DNA of 64,000 nucleotides from Oopsacas minuta. Lineage: Eukaryota; Animalia; Porifera. Below, one piece after another: positions 1 to 11,454 of this stretch. The translations under genes were made by a program, and so were the position numbers. The DNA lies in assembly GCA_024704765.1 (NCBI GenBank), contig JAKMXF010000345.1, positions 139,239 to 203,238 of the forward strand. Reading direction: 5' to 3'. The number at the start of each line of letters is the position of its first letter. Position 1 is the stretch's first letter. Under the pieces are notes generated by a model that had not been told where the DNA came from, made no database searches, and was given only the letters and a program-made list of their open reading frames with translations.

Positions 1-593
1 TATAATTCACAATTTATTGAAAGGTTTGACTTTGCACATTTAGTAATTTCCCGAATGTACAATGGTTAATTCAATCCTGATTACTTAAAATACAAATCTA
101 ATGAAAATCTGAAAGAATGAAAAGGAGCGGATTGGAGCGTGCTCCTTTTTTTCTGGAGTTCGATCCGGAGCGCACTCCTTTTCTGAGCGGAGGTGGGAGC
201 GCCTCTCCTTTACAGGGCTGGAGCGTGCTCCAAAAATGAGGAGCACTTAATGCTCTATGTTTATGCCAAATATTGTACAATGGAAGCTGGTTATAACAAC
301 CTCCTTATGAGTAGCAATGTGTTCTTATGACCGGAATCCAGTGTTTACAGGTTACTCTGAATAACGGATACTGCAGGATAGGGCCTGTGAAATCGCTGAT
401 AGAAAGAACTTTATATTGACATTATATTTTGGCATTTATTCCTATTTTGATGGGCCAGATTTTTGCCCTTTTCTGCCTTGTCCTTTCGAGTCGTATTTTG
501 CACGGATTTCCCAAGCTAATACGCGAAATTATGTTTATGTCCCTGAAAAAACTTGCTAATAGGCGAACGTACTGGATTATATTTCAATTCTAG

Positions 594-1875
594 TTTACAT
601 GGAGATGACTGATAAGATAATTGATCTTGAATTAAAGCACCAGAAGAACCCTTCATCATCAAAAGTTTCTATACCAGGTGTTAATACCAGTAAATTCAGG
701 CCTTCTTTCTCTCTATCTCCTCCTGCCAGCACTTTAAAGGGGAAAACTAAGAATAAGGTAATTATCAAAAATCACAATAGTCAAGTCCTGTTGTAACGAA
801 CATGGATATATCAAATCCCACGAAGTCTGAAATTGTACAAATATGGTCACAAACCCTCAAAAATACCATAAATCTCATCGGCTATATCGAACTCTGCTTG
901 TGACGGCGTAATTATCGCGGTTCCTTGAGTTCCTTCTATATTCTGGAAGCATATTTAAGGGGCCGTTTAGACCTCAAGTAATGCTTTCAATGATGAATCG
1001 TTTTGTATTGAAATAGACTTCACATTGGGAGAGGCTTATATACAGGAATTTAGCTTTTTTACGAAACCTTTGAACTTGTCCTAAAATTTAGTTTCTTATG
1101 GAAAAACTAAAGGTATGGATAATTCAAATGCCTTACGAGTAAGTTCCTGAGGCGTAACCATGGTGGCGAAACCTCACTTCTAGTGCTGGCTCTTCCCCTC
1201 AAGTAACATTACATTTATACTATATGTACATTTTCATAGGCCCCGAAGCGAATTACAGCATCGAAAGGTAGAAAAACTAAAAAGGCAACTCCAGTCAAAG
1301 CAACCAAGAAACCCACACTAATAAAGCCCAAAGTTACTTTCAAAATCGAGCCGATCAAAGTAGAACCACCTGACACGAAACCTGTACTTCCTACACGAGT
1401 TTCTACTAGAAAGAGATCTGCTCCAATGGATTATATGGCTATAAGTCCAAATAAGAAAATGTAAGTAGTTTTATTTAGAAATGATGACGTGATATATGAA
1501 GGCATTAAAATTTGATAATTATTTGTGGTAAAGCCAGACGTATGCAGTTCAGACTCATGAACCTAATTGAGCCAATGAGTTGATGCCATTTGTCCTATTT
1601 ACCTGCATATTTGATGAAATACCAAAGCATCCAATAATACATTATTTTATGCAATTCTATTCTTCAGGAAAATAGCTATAAAAGCTAAGTCGCCAGTAAA
1701 GAAATTGGCAAAAAGAAATACAGTTAAAGTGCCCGTCAAAAAGTTAGCTAAGAAAACTTCAGCAAAAGCAGCAGCCACAAAGTTGACTGGTGCAAGGAAA
1801 AAAGTTGATAAAAATGTAAAAATTGGCGTGAAAAGGATTCCCAACAAGGATAGAATTCGAAAGAGGATATATTGA
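594..1875 (+). CDS. 3' part of a spliced gene encoding a Lys/Ala/Pro-rich basic protein (histone-H1-tail-like composition); identity unknown
   Basis: Exons 594-757, 1240-1460 and 1668-1875 join with GT-AG and consistent phases: ...KGKTKNK|APKRITASKGRKTKKATPVKATKK...SPNKKM|KIAIKAKSPVKKLAKRNTVKVPVKKLAKKTSAKAAATK...RIY*. 5' exons not identified. Confidence 0.5.
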
Positions 1876-2440
1876 ATGAAGTGCCTTGAATCCTTGCATG
1901 CGAGTTTTATACTTTACTTATCAGTTTTAGATTTTTCACATTTATTTTCTATTTTTTGTGGCTAGTTTTGATGCCTTTATTTTCGATAATTCCTTACTTT
2001 TGTTGAAAAACTGACTACAAATGTCTGTCTTCTTGAATTTGATATTATTTATATAACATTCAGTTTCGGATATGTTAACATTTCCTCTATACTCTTAAAT
2101 ACTGGGAAACCTCGATAATTATTAAAAAAACGGTTAATTCTAATTTCCGTGGAAAAACTGGCAAATATTACACAAAATCCTACAACGATGGTTATTCAAT
2201 AGGTATTATTCCGGATAAAGTGAACACATTTTGATCGTTCATTCGTGTTCATATTTACGATATTCCATTAAATATGTCATAACTAACAATGCAAGAAGAT
2301 AATATATGAGTTGTCTCTTCCATTTTGTTTTTTGGACAAATTACAAGTTGATTCACGAATGAATATTTAAGTCATATGCTTGTTCATGAGTTGCATGATT
2401 ATAAACTAGAGAAATCCTGTGAAATTGTCGCTATAATCCT

Positions 2441-5389
2441 ATGGGCCTTACCAGAAGGAAGAAGAAACGAACTCATATTTCTACTGAACCAGGCAAGAAG
2501 GGTGATGTTGGAGAACGTGCTGGTAACGTCCTTCCTGATTCTGTGAAGAAACCGCCAGCATGCTTCATAATTGGTGAGTAAATATAATTATACTTATATG
2601 ACAGGTTTGGGTATGCACTATGCTGATATTTTTTGACAATTTCCTCTGCAGTTTTACAAATGTTTGGTCGCTTTACACTTCCTCATAAATTTGCGTTGAA
2701 TTTTTCAGAGTGCTTCCAGACCACATTGGCGTTACTTACAATATACAATATATAAATTGTTCGAACATTTGATTATGCCTTGAAAAAATGTAATTCCCAC
2801 TTTATTTCGCCTATTAGGTAGAGGTCAACTGAACATATATCTCCAACAACTAATATCAGATCTGAAATTTGTCTACGAACCAAATACTGCATCAAATTTG
2901 AAAACTACGAAAAAGAATTCTCTACGAGATTTCCTACATGTTGCTGGCCCTTTGGGTGTCTCACATTGCATTGTACTTAACTTCTCAGGAAATGCGCCTA
3001 CAATACGCTTCGCAAGATTCCCACATGGCCCAACGGTAACCTTTAAAGTTCTAGAATATTCTTTAATGAGAGATGTTGTGTCGTCACAAAAACGGCCGAA
3101 AATTATTCAAGATCTTCATTTAAATTCTCCTCTATTAGTATTGAGTCAGTTTAATGAGCAAATTGTGACGGAGAATGAAGGTAAGTTCATTTTTCTATTG
3201 AAACTGAGGTTTTCGGGAATTTGTTGGCGGGCACGTGCCGTTTGCGAAATTCCAGCATTCTTCGAAATATTTCCTGGATCTTCAAGTTTTAGATACATAA
3301 ATAGCAATATCAAGGCTAATATTTAGGAGAAAGTACATATGTTTGCGACTATTTCTCTGGATTCTTGTAAATTCCCGTGATAATCCATCGATCGCGCCCA
3401 TTTTTCGGAGGATATTTATTTCTCCGAGCGTAAATTTCATATAAATTAATTCTTCTACAGACTCAATAGAACCAGATTCTGTAAAGCAAATTACTCCACG
3501 TTGCCTCAAACTATTATCTACAATGCTACAGAATATGTTCCCTTCCCTCAACGTACATAATGTAAAACTGAAGCAGGTTTGTGTGTAATGTACGTGTTGA
3601 ATATAGTTACAATCTGTGCCGCGGCCGGAAAGTATATAAATGGCAATATACGATATAATTTTAGCTCCAACGCACTTAGTGCCTAGAATTTATAGTGCCA
3701 TTTTAAATACATTTAATTAACATTCAAGACAGTTGGTACAGATTATACATTTGTTTGGCTCAACCATAATGTTGAAAATACACTTAGTGCCTAGAATTAA
3801 GTGCCATTTTAAGTAAATTTAATTAATACTCTAAGCTGTCCGCACAGATTATTAAGTTTTTGCTCAACCATAATACAAACATACACTTAGTGCCTAGAAT
3901 TTATAGTGCCATTTTAAGAATTTAATTAATACTCTAAGCTGTCAGCACAGATTGTAAATTTAGACTTTTCAAAAAATGGAAGTTTTTAAGAAGTTTGCAT
4001 AGTAATTATTGATACAATTATGGTGGCGTCATTATTATCATGGCCAATCCATTCCACTTGAATTACACTTCACAGGTAAAGCGATGTGTTCTATTCCATT
4101 ACGATGCCGCCTCCAATCAAATCCATCTACGTCACTACTGTATTAAAACTAGTCCTCAAGGCATACGTAAACAGGTTGATAGGCTAGCTAGACATAAGAT
4201 ACCGTCTCTAGCCAAGTATGATGATATTAGTGATTATCTTATGAGGGAGAATCTGTCTGAGAGCGAGCCTGACGATTTACCAGAGGCTCAGGTTAGTTTT
4301 AGAATATGTATTCCTACTCCCAAGAGGCAATATAGATTGGTCCGCACCATGAAAATACACCTTTTCTAGGTTATACTACCACAATCTTTACCTGGAGCTG
4401 GAAACAAAATATCTCAGAGAAGTAAAATACGTCTCTACGAGTTAGGCCCACGATTAACTCTATCTCTGATTAAAATACAAGATTCTTTGTTTGATGGGGA
4501 AGTTCTCTACCACATGTATGTTCATAAATCTAAAGAAGAGATTGCTTTCATGAGGAAGGAGAAGGCAAGGATCATAAATGAAAAGGTATAATATATGGAT
4601 CACAGTTCTATTGCTTTCGTAAGATTACAATCTGTGCCGACAGCATAATGCATCAAATGCTATACTATGCTGTAGGCACAGTTTGTAATTTTTTACTCAA
4701 AATGCATAGCAAAAATCTTGTACGTTGAAATGTGCAAATTGCCTTGGAATTTATAAATATTTTCTTCTTTGTAATTATAGACAAGACGACGTAAATTACA
4801 AGAAGCTAATGTTAGACGTAAAGAAGAAGAAAAACAGATACACCGTAAGAGAACTTTAGCAGGAATGCGAGCACATAATCAGAAGGATACAGAGTATAGT
4901 AGTGATGATGACTTTGAGTATTATAGACAAGAAGTTGGTGAGGATCCTAGCAATGAGTTGTTACTTTCCAAAGCTAAACGAGTGAAATTTGATACAAATA
5001 ATGGAGATTTTTCTGATGATGAACAAAGTAAAAGACCTAATTTCCGCAGCGGAAAGTCAAGTTTTCGAGGTGGAAAGCGAGATTTTGGTGGTGCAGAGCG
5101 AAAGTTCCATGGCGGTAACAAACGAAATTTTCACGAAAATGGCAAAGTTGGGAGAATTGATAGACATCGAGGTTTTAAAAAATCAGAAAATGGTTCTCAA
5201 TTTCGCGCGAAGAGTTATTTTCAAGGCCGTGAAGGATCAAATTTTAGAGATAGAAAGGGTAGAAATAATTTCACAGACAGTAGTGCACGGGGAGGAAAAT
5301 TCGGGAACAGTAATAGTGCGAAAGAAAAGTACAGCAAACCACGGAAGGCACCAGGCGGTAGAGTCTTTAGAGTTAGAAAACGAAATTAA
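2441..5389 (+). CDS. PPAN: Peter pan / suppressor of SWI4 1 homolog (Brix-domain ribosome biogenesis factor), 6 exons
   Basis: Exons approx. 2441-2573, 2818-3180, 3461-3576, 4076-4291, 4370-4585, 4781-5389. Motifs EPNTASNLKTTKKNSLRDFLHVAGPLGVSH, RFPHGPTVTFKVLEYSL, MLQNMFPSLNVHNVKLKQVKRCVL and IRLYELGPRLTLSLIKIQ match the Ssf1/PPAN family. Confidence 0.92.
3607..3957. mobile_element. MITE-like element with TTACAATCTGTGC terminal inverted repeats and three internal ~105-bp tandem repeats
   Basis: TTACAATCTGTGC at 3607 and its reverse complement GCACAGATTGTAA ending at 3957; internal unit CACTTAGTGCCTAGAATT...GTGCCATTTTAA occurs three times. A 64-bp version with the same termini lies at 4625-4688. 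Confidence 0.7.
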
Positions 5390-5452
5390 TTGATGATACA
5401 ATTATAGCGATATTTCTCAATTTATAGCTTTCAATTGAAATTCCACATTCTA

Positions 5453-5580
5453 TAGTGTAACCTCCACAACGGGCAACTTCTGGAAACGGAGTGAAAAGTA
5501 ATAGAGCGAATTCCTAGCCTCATACAAACAGAGTACCATTTTCGGCGGCCCTGACACTCCGTTTGTGGAGATTACACTGT
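5453..5580. mobile_element. MITE family A (CAGTGTAACCTCCACAAAC termini, Tc1/mariner-like ends); representative copy
   Basis: Termini AGTGTAACCTCCACAA ... TTTGTGGAGATTACACTG. Related copies at ~14691-14826, 19963-20101, 27420-27500, 37788-37874, 40985-41098, 42127-42240 and 44440-44610. Confidence 0.75.
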
Positions 5581-5591
5581 TTTAGATTTCA

Positions 5592-7175
5592 ATGCAATTA
5601 GCCATGAATTCCTTAGAATTCATACTATTAATTACATGCATACAATTGGCCGAACCACAAATGCTCGTTGTAAACACATGGCCGTTTAAGGACGCCACTA
5701 AAACTGCAGGTTATCATCTATCAATGCTTTCTACAGCTATAAACGCTGTTGTATATGGCTGTAGTGTTTGTGAAGTTGAGCAGTGTGATCATACTGTTGG
5801 TTATGGAGGTAGCCCTGATGAGAAGGGAGAGACTACGCTTGATGCTATGGTTATGGATGGTGATACTCTTAATGTTGGTGAGTATGCGAAGATTTTATTT
5901 CAGCTCCTATAGGGAGATGCCTAAACAACCGTATGCACAACCGTGCGAATTCTAACATTCCGTTTTTGACAGATTTATCATATGATTAATCATGTTTCAC
6001 ACCTTATTGCATATTTCCCAATGATCATGAAATTCCGTTTCAACTGTGAGTCAGGGTAATCGAGTACTTAGATTCCAATTTTGATATTTCAAATATATAT
6101 ATATTTACGCATATATTATTTCACACTGTCTACTATACAGGTGCAGTTGGAGATCTACGTAACATTAAAAACGCGATACAAGTTGCCCGTGCTGTACTAG
6201 AGCATACAAACCATACTTTACTAGCTGGTGAATCTGCTACGAACTTTGCTGTAGAATCGTTAGGATTACAAAAGACCAACTTGACAACGGAATACTCTTC
6301 AAAAATGTGGAAAAATTGGTTGGAAGCTGATTGCCAACCTAACTATTGGTATAATGTTTATCCAGATAGCAAAAAGTCATGTGGTCCTTATTCTATACAG
6401 AAATCTTATTCCAATAACCTCAAAAAATCGAAAGGTATGTAATTCATACATTGGTAAGGTCCCTTTTGATGAGAAACTTGTTTCAGCTCCACATGATGTT
6501 CATCGAAGCATGCGAGGCGGAGTTTTATTATCATATCGATTATCGGACAAATTATCGGAAATATTGAAGCAATATAAAAAATGTCGAAAATTCTAATTTC
6601 CTAATACTTCGATATTTTCCTAATTTCAGAAATATCGAACCGATATCGATATTTGCCAAACCTTTGCTGAACCAAGTTTTCAACATAATAGATGTATTTT
6701 CTATATTTCTATAGAACATATGCCAAAAGGCGAGCAACCTATTTCCCATGACACTATAGGAATGATTGCAATTGACTCCAAAGGAAAAATCGCCACGGGA
6801 ACAACTACTAACGGTCTCATCCACAAGATACCCGGACGAGTCGGCGACAGTCCTATAATGGGTGCAGGGGCATACGCGGATTCGAGTGTAGGCGCAGCTG
6901 TCGCTACAGGCGATGGTGACGTCATGATGCGGTTTTTACCCACGTTTCTTATTGTAGAGTTAATGCGTGGAGGTGTGTCACCACAATCTGCATGTGATAC
7001 TGCAATCGAACGGATTCGTGTGAAATATCCTAAATTCCAGGGGGCTGTACTTGCTGTTGGGAAGGATTTGAGTGTTGGTGCGGCTACTTGGGGCTTTAAC
7101 CCATTCACTTATACACAATATAATTTCACTGATGGATTGCCTTATACAGTTAAAATATATCCTAAAGAATCGTAG
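5592..7175 (+). CDS. AGA: N(4)-(beta-N-acetylglucosaminyl)-L-asparaginase (glycosylasparaginase), 3 exons
   Basis: Exons 5592(or 5604)-5877, 6141-6434, 6715-7175. Signal peptide; [34 protein letters not shown]; HDTIGM (nucleophile Thr), [18 protein letters not shown]. Confidence 0.95.
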
Positions 7176-7771
7176 TTATATATTTGCTGTTTATTTGGGA
7201 TAATGGTATATATTATTTATTATTTTGGCAATTGAAATTTAACCATAATTTAGGCTTGTTTCAGCTCCACTACCCGCATGAATATTGTCATTAATAGAAT
7301 TACAGTCAGCTCACATTATATCGAAGTTCAAGGGACAGCAATAATTCCTTCGATATATCTGTGTTGATATTACGGGCAGTTTACTGTATTATAATTATTT
7401 CACCATTGAAATTACTAACTAATGGGTGGATATTAATGATTTCATCTCAGCAAAGATTTTCCATGAATTAGCCACTCAATGCCAACGTCACAACATTGTC
7501 TTTTCAACAAATATTAATTTCGAGTTAAAGAGCATTATAATTTAATATACTGAGTCAGAGGTTGATTTGCTTGGTTTTATCTTGTGTCATGGAAACACTC
7601 ATAATCCAAATTCAACATTTTTATACCATAAATTCATCCATGTATGTATTCTAAGAACCATTTTACCGAATTTCGTAATCAATATTAACGATTATATCAT
7701 TCAGAATATAACTTCAAAATTCCATATATAGCATTTGGTATAAATAGATTTTTAGGCATAATTTCGTGAAA

Positions 7772-8635
7772 ATGGACATGTTATTTTTTCGCGTTTTTAT
7801 TCCGTTTTGTTTCTTTCAAATTGTCCAAAGCTGTACAGTTAATATTCTCTGGGACTCAACGTATATTCATGGTATTTCTACTATTCCTAATGGAATGATT
7901 TTGCCACCAAATTCATCAACTTGCGCTTTTCACATAGGCTGGAGAATTATATTAAATACTACGAAGGATGGACAGTTTGAAAGGTTGTGGCTTGTTGATA
8001 GTTATGCGCATTTTCGCGTTTGTAACACCACAAATGCGATTATTTTCGAGGAGTTTACAGGCGTTTATGAGTTCTCTCTCTCGCCTGGAATATTCTCATT
8101 TGATTCTGTGTATTACTTTTTCTCCACTTCGAATGAACCGAATTTTACTGCGGACTTTTGCAAACTGAAACTATCATTTTTGCTAAAACCGGTTTCTTCT
8201 GTCTGCAATTTGCAACCAGAATGCGATTCAAGTAGTTTAGTAATAATACAAACAGCAACAAACAACATCACAAGCATTCCTACGATCTTTCAAATTGATT
8301 ATTTCAATTTGACAACGTTACAACTCTTCGTAATAGTAGCTATAGGGATTGTTGGGATATTTGCATTTTGCATGTGTTTGATTCCAATGGCGATATACGT
8401 GTATTTCCACCGTGAAAAACGTATTGATGAAGAAATCTCGATAGATTTTGAAGATGAAATCGGTTTGGAGGAATATTTGAAAAGATTTTTGATACTAGAA
8501 GATGATTTTCAAGTCGATAAATATTCAGAGCCGAATTCGCCGTTCAAAGATTCAGCATTGACTGTTACTATTCCTCAATCTAGTGTATTGTCATGTAATA
8601 ATATCTATAGAGCACCTTCTGTTACAACAGTTTGA
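7772..8635 (+). CDS. Ephrin-like (cupredoxin-fold) type I membrane protein, paralog E1 (divergent)
   Basis: Intronless ORF: signal peptide, VNILWD...ERLWLV...CN...YYFFSTSN...CKLKLSF, TM segment, acidic tail ending SVTTV. Homologous to E2-E6 by motif. Confidence 0.65.
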   Translation: MDMLFFRVFIPFCFFQIVQSCTVNILWDSTYIHGISTIPNGMILPPNSSTCAFHIGWRIILNTTKDGQFERLWLVDSYAHFRVCNTTNAIIFEEFTGVYEFSLSPGIFSFDSVYYFFSTSNEPNFTADFCKLKLSFLLKPVSSVCNLQPECDSSSLVIIQTATNNITSIPTIFQIDYFNLTTLQLFVIVAIGIVGIFAFCMCLIPMAIYVYFHREKRIDEEISIDFEDEIGLEEYLKRFLILEDDFQVDKYSEPNSPFKDSALTVTIPQSSVLSCNNIYRAPSVTTV

Positions 8636-8736
8636 TATTTTTGTGTAAATTCGTGACTTATTTGTATTTTTTCTAATTAGGAATATATTTATGAAGGTTG
8701 CTTTGGGTTCTCCCTCACTGCTAGATCCCATTCATC

Positions 8737-8870
8737 ACCGTTGCTCACCTAATAGCAAGTTTATTCAGGGGAGTCAATTTTGTGATGGAAATAATTCCTC
8801 TAATAGCATTTCGCGTATTATTATCAAGGAAATTCGTGCAAAATACGACTTGCTAATGGGCGAACTCCAT
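8737..8870. mobile_element. Dispersed repeat/MITE, related copy at ~38738-38946
   Basis: Shared blocks CCTAATAGCAAG and GTGCAAAATACGACTTG...GGCGAACTC; the 38.7-kb copy has GTTCGCCTAAT/ATAGGCGAAC inverted ends. Confidence 0.55.
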
Positions 8871-9554
8871 TTTAGGGAATTTGTTGTCGGAAAAGTTTAG
8901 GAAATTTTGATTATCCAAAAGGTGTCAAATTCGATAATTTTCTGTTAGAATTTTGTGAACACGGTCTCAAAAATTCAGGTTCATTCCGCATTGCTCTCGT
9001 AGCATATAGTAAAGAAACAGTTCAGAAGGGTTTGCCCCACAATATCGAAAATAATTCAAAATATTTTTGAGATAGAATTCCAAGTTTTACCAGGCATTTG
9101 AACCATCAAAACTCTGAAAAGACATCACAATATCAGTTCACAGATGTAATTTCAAATGTAGCCATTTTAGAGTATAAGTTACCATGGATAACTACAAAAA
9201 ATGAACTTTCTTTGTTCGTTACCACAACATTATTCTTTCTATGTAATTTTCTGGTGTAAGCAGTTAGTTCCATCTTTTTCCAAGTTCAAATTCTCACCTC
9301 TTTATTGTCACCAATTTTACAATTGAATATAAATTCCGGCGCCATATCTCCTCACCATAGCAATAGAATAGTTCAATTGGCATTCATGTTATAGATTTAG
9401 CGCTTTAGACATTTCTATGAAATTAGGGTTTCGTGAACACACCAATGAACAGTTATTGAATTCTGGTTTGGAAAACTTATCTTTGCATTTGATAGTGATT
9501 CTCTTTGAGGAAATTTCTATTTATTTGTATTCAAATTGTAATTATTATTCCAGC

Positions 9555-10430
9555 ATGAAATTCGATATAATTATCTTGATATTGAGTTTTAGAATATCTG
9601 TGGTAGAATTACGAGTTTGGAATGTTCTCTGGGAACGAGACTTTTGTTCACAAGCTCTCCCCGATACATTTATATATCCGTTTAACACGAATTGTAGTTT
9701 GTGTACATCTGATCAATTGCGGTTACACACACCAAATATTGGCAATTATGAAAATGTTTATCGCGTCGAAACTGAGCAAGAAATGTTAGCTTGTAATGCA
9801 ACAAATGCATTGAACACTTCACCACTGATTTTTAATACAGAAACAGTATTTACGCTTATTAACAGTGGATCTAGTGATAATGCTTTCAACTTTTACCTTG
9901 GACAATGGATATATTTGATTTCCACAAGCAATGGGACTAAACACAGTGCAAGGAATGATGTCACGCGGCCTGTTAATTCGTGCCTACAATTCTCGTTTGT
10001 ATTGTTAACGTTTGGGCAGAATTGCGGAAATTTTGACACGACGTGTAGTATGACGAGCGTTTTCACTGATAACTCGAGTCGAATAGGCTGTGAATCAGCT
10101 ATCATTTCGGAAATTGTAACAGAATTAAATTCCACAGAAAATTCCACAAATTCTACAACAAAATATCATACAAATAATTACACTATCTCTTCGCCGTTTA
10201 TGTTAAAAACAGTTTTGAGAAGTTCAATTGCTTTCATCTCAATTGGAATTTTCATTTTTCTTTTCATACTTACTTGCTTCATTCTAAGCCTGATAATCAC
10301 ATATCGTGTGGTGAAATGCAACAAATCAAAACGCCTATTGCAAATCCACTATCAGCTAGAACAAAATAACCTTGATGGAGAAGACAAGGAATCAAGAAGA
10401 AATAGTTTCGAATTTGTTGAACCAGTTTGA
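9555..10430 (+). CDS. Ephrin-like type I membrane protein, paralog E2
   Basis: Likely ATG at 9555 (MKFDIIILILSF, signal peptide). WNVLWERDFC, YENVYRV, EMLACNA, YLISTSNGT, NSCLQFSF; Thr/Asn stalk, TM, tail ending FEFVEPV. Confidence 0.75.
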   Translation: MKFDIIILILSFRISVVELRVWNVLWERDFCSQALPDTFIYPFNTNCSLCTSDQLRLHTPNIGNYENVYRVETEQEMLACNATNALNTSPLIFNTETVFTLINSGSSDNAFNFYLGQWIYLISTSNGTKHSARNDVTRPVNSCLQFSFVLLTFGQNCGNFDTTCSMTSVFTDNSSRIGCESAIISEIVTELNSTENSTNSTTKYHTNNYTISSPFMLKTVLRSSIAFISIGIFIFLFILTCFILSLIITYRVVKCNKSKRLLQIHYQLEQNNLDGEDKESRRNSFEFVEPV

Positions 10431-11454
10431 TAAATTGTAATTAAATTCCTAGTAAAAAATTATATTTTCTAATAACCACCTTTCTTCCAGGGCTTATGCT
10501 TACTGTTAGGTTTCTTTTTGTATTCCTTGGTTAATCTTATCTTCATAGCTTTGTATGCATTGGGTATAATTACTGGTAGTTCATTTTCTCTCTACACATA
10601 TTTATATGCATTATTATCGCATAATTATCTGTTTTGAATTGTGTTTATTGGAGCTAGTGAATTTACACAATTCCATGAGTTTATTGTGTGTTACTTTTCA
10701 TCTGGAAATACTATTTGTTGTCGTATATTCCCTAGTCCAGATGTGTATAAGAGATAGCTCTAGGTGTGTTGTAGATTTTTACGTCACTTTTGGGTGTGAA
10801 AAATCGGTTTAATTAATCATTTTGTGAAATGACCTTTGCATACACATTGAGTTAATTTTCAATTTAACTTTAACTTTATTCCCAGTAGATTTTGGAGGTT
10901 GTCATATTTATCAACTTCTTTTACAAATTTCTCAGAATTTCACGTCATTCCCCCTATTACACCAGAAAATATCCAGAAATATTACAAAAATGGAAACCGG
11001 GATAATCCAGTGATACAAGATTGGCAAGTATGGTATTTGTGCGTTGGACAACCAAATATACATATGTGTTTTCAAATACTATACAGCAGAAGTGGGGAAG
11101 GTTGGCTGGGCAGGTGAATCTCCGTTGATAACCCCCGAGTCAATTTTTATAGCCACTTCCTCCAACGAATGTTTTTACATACAATATTCGATTATTATAA
11201 TATGCCCTAAGGTTGTTGGTTGGATATGCAATTGGTAACAAATTTCTTCTGGGAAACCCAAAAATTCTATTCATCAAAGCGATAAATACAATGTTTTTTC
11301 CAAACTTAGCACAGAAATTGATTATTCAAGAAATTTATCGTAGAATCTTCTAGAGGTTCGTTTTTATGAAAATGAATAAAGGTGTACCAAATTTGTCCAG
11401 CTTATAGAGTTTGCACTGTAATTTGTAATATTAATTAAATTATATTTAGTATAA

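Noticed and set aside
1647-1847. Hydrophobic 66-aa minus-strand ORF
   Set aside because: Antisense shadow of the Lys-rich plus-strand exon (AAA codons read as Phe/Leu).
3670-3957. Three spaced repeats that might resemble a CRISPR array
   Set aside because: The whole ~105-bp unit is repeated, with no unique spacers; it is intronic in a eukaryotic gene and there are no cas genes.
10440-11450. Possible seventh ephrin-like pseudogene between E2 and E3
   Set aside because: No IxW, YENxYRV or ISTSNG motif found in the listed ORFs or by scanning the sequence.
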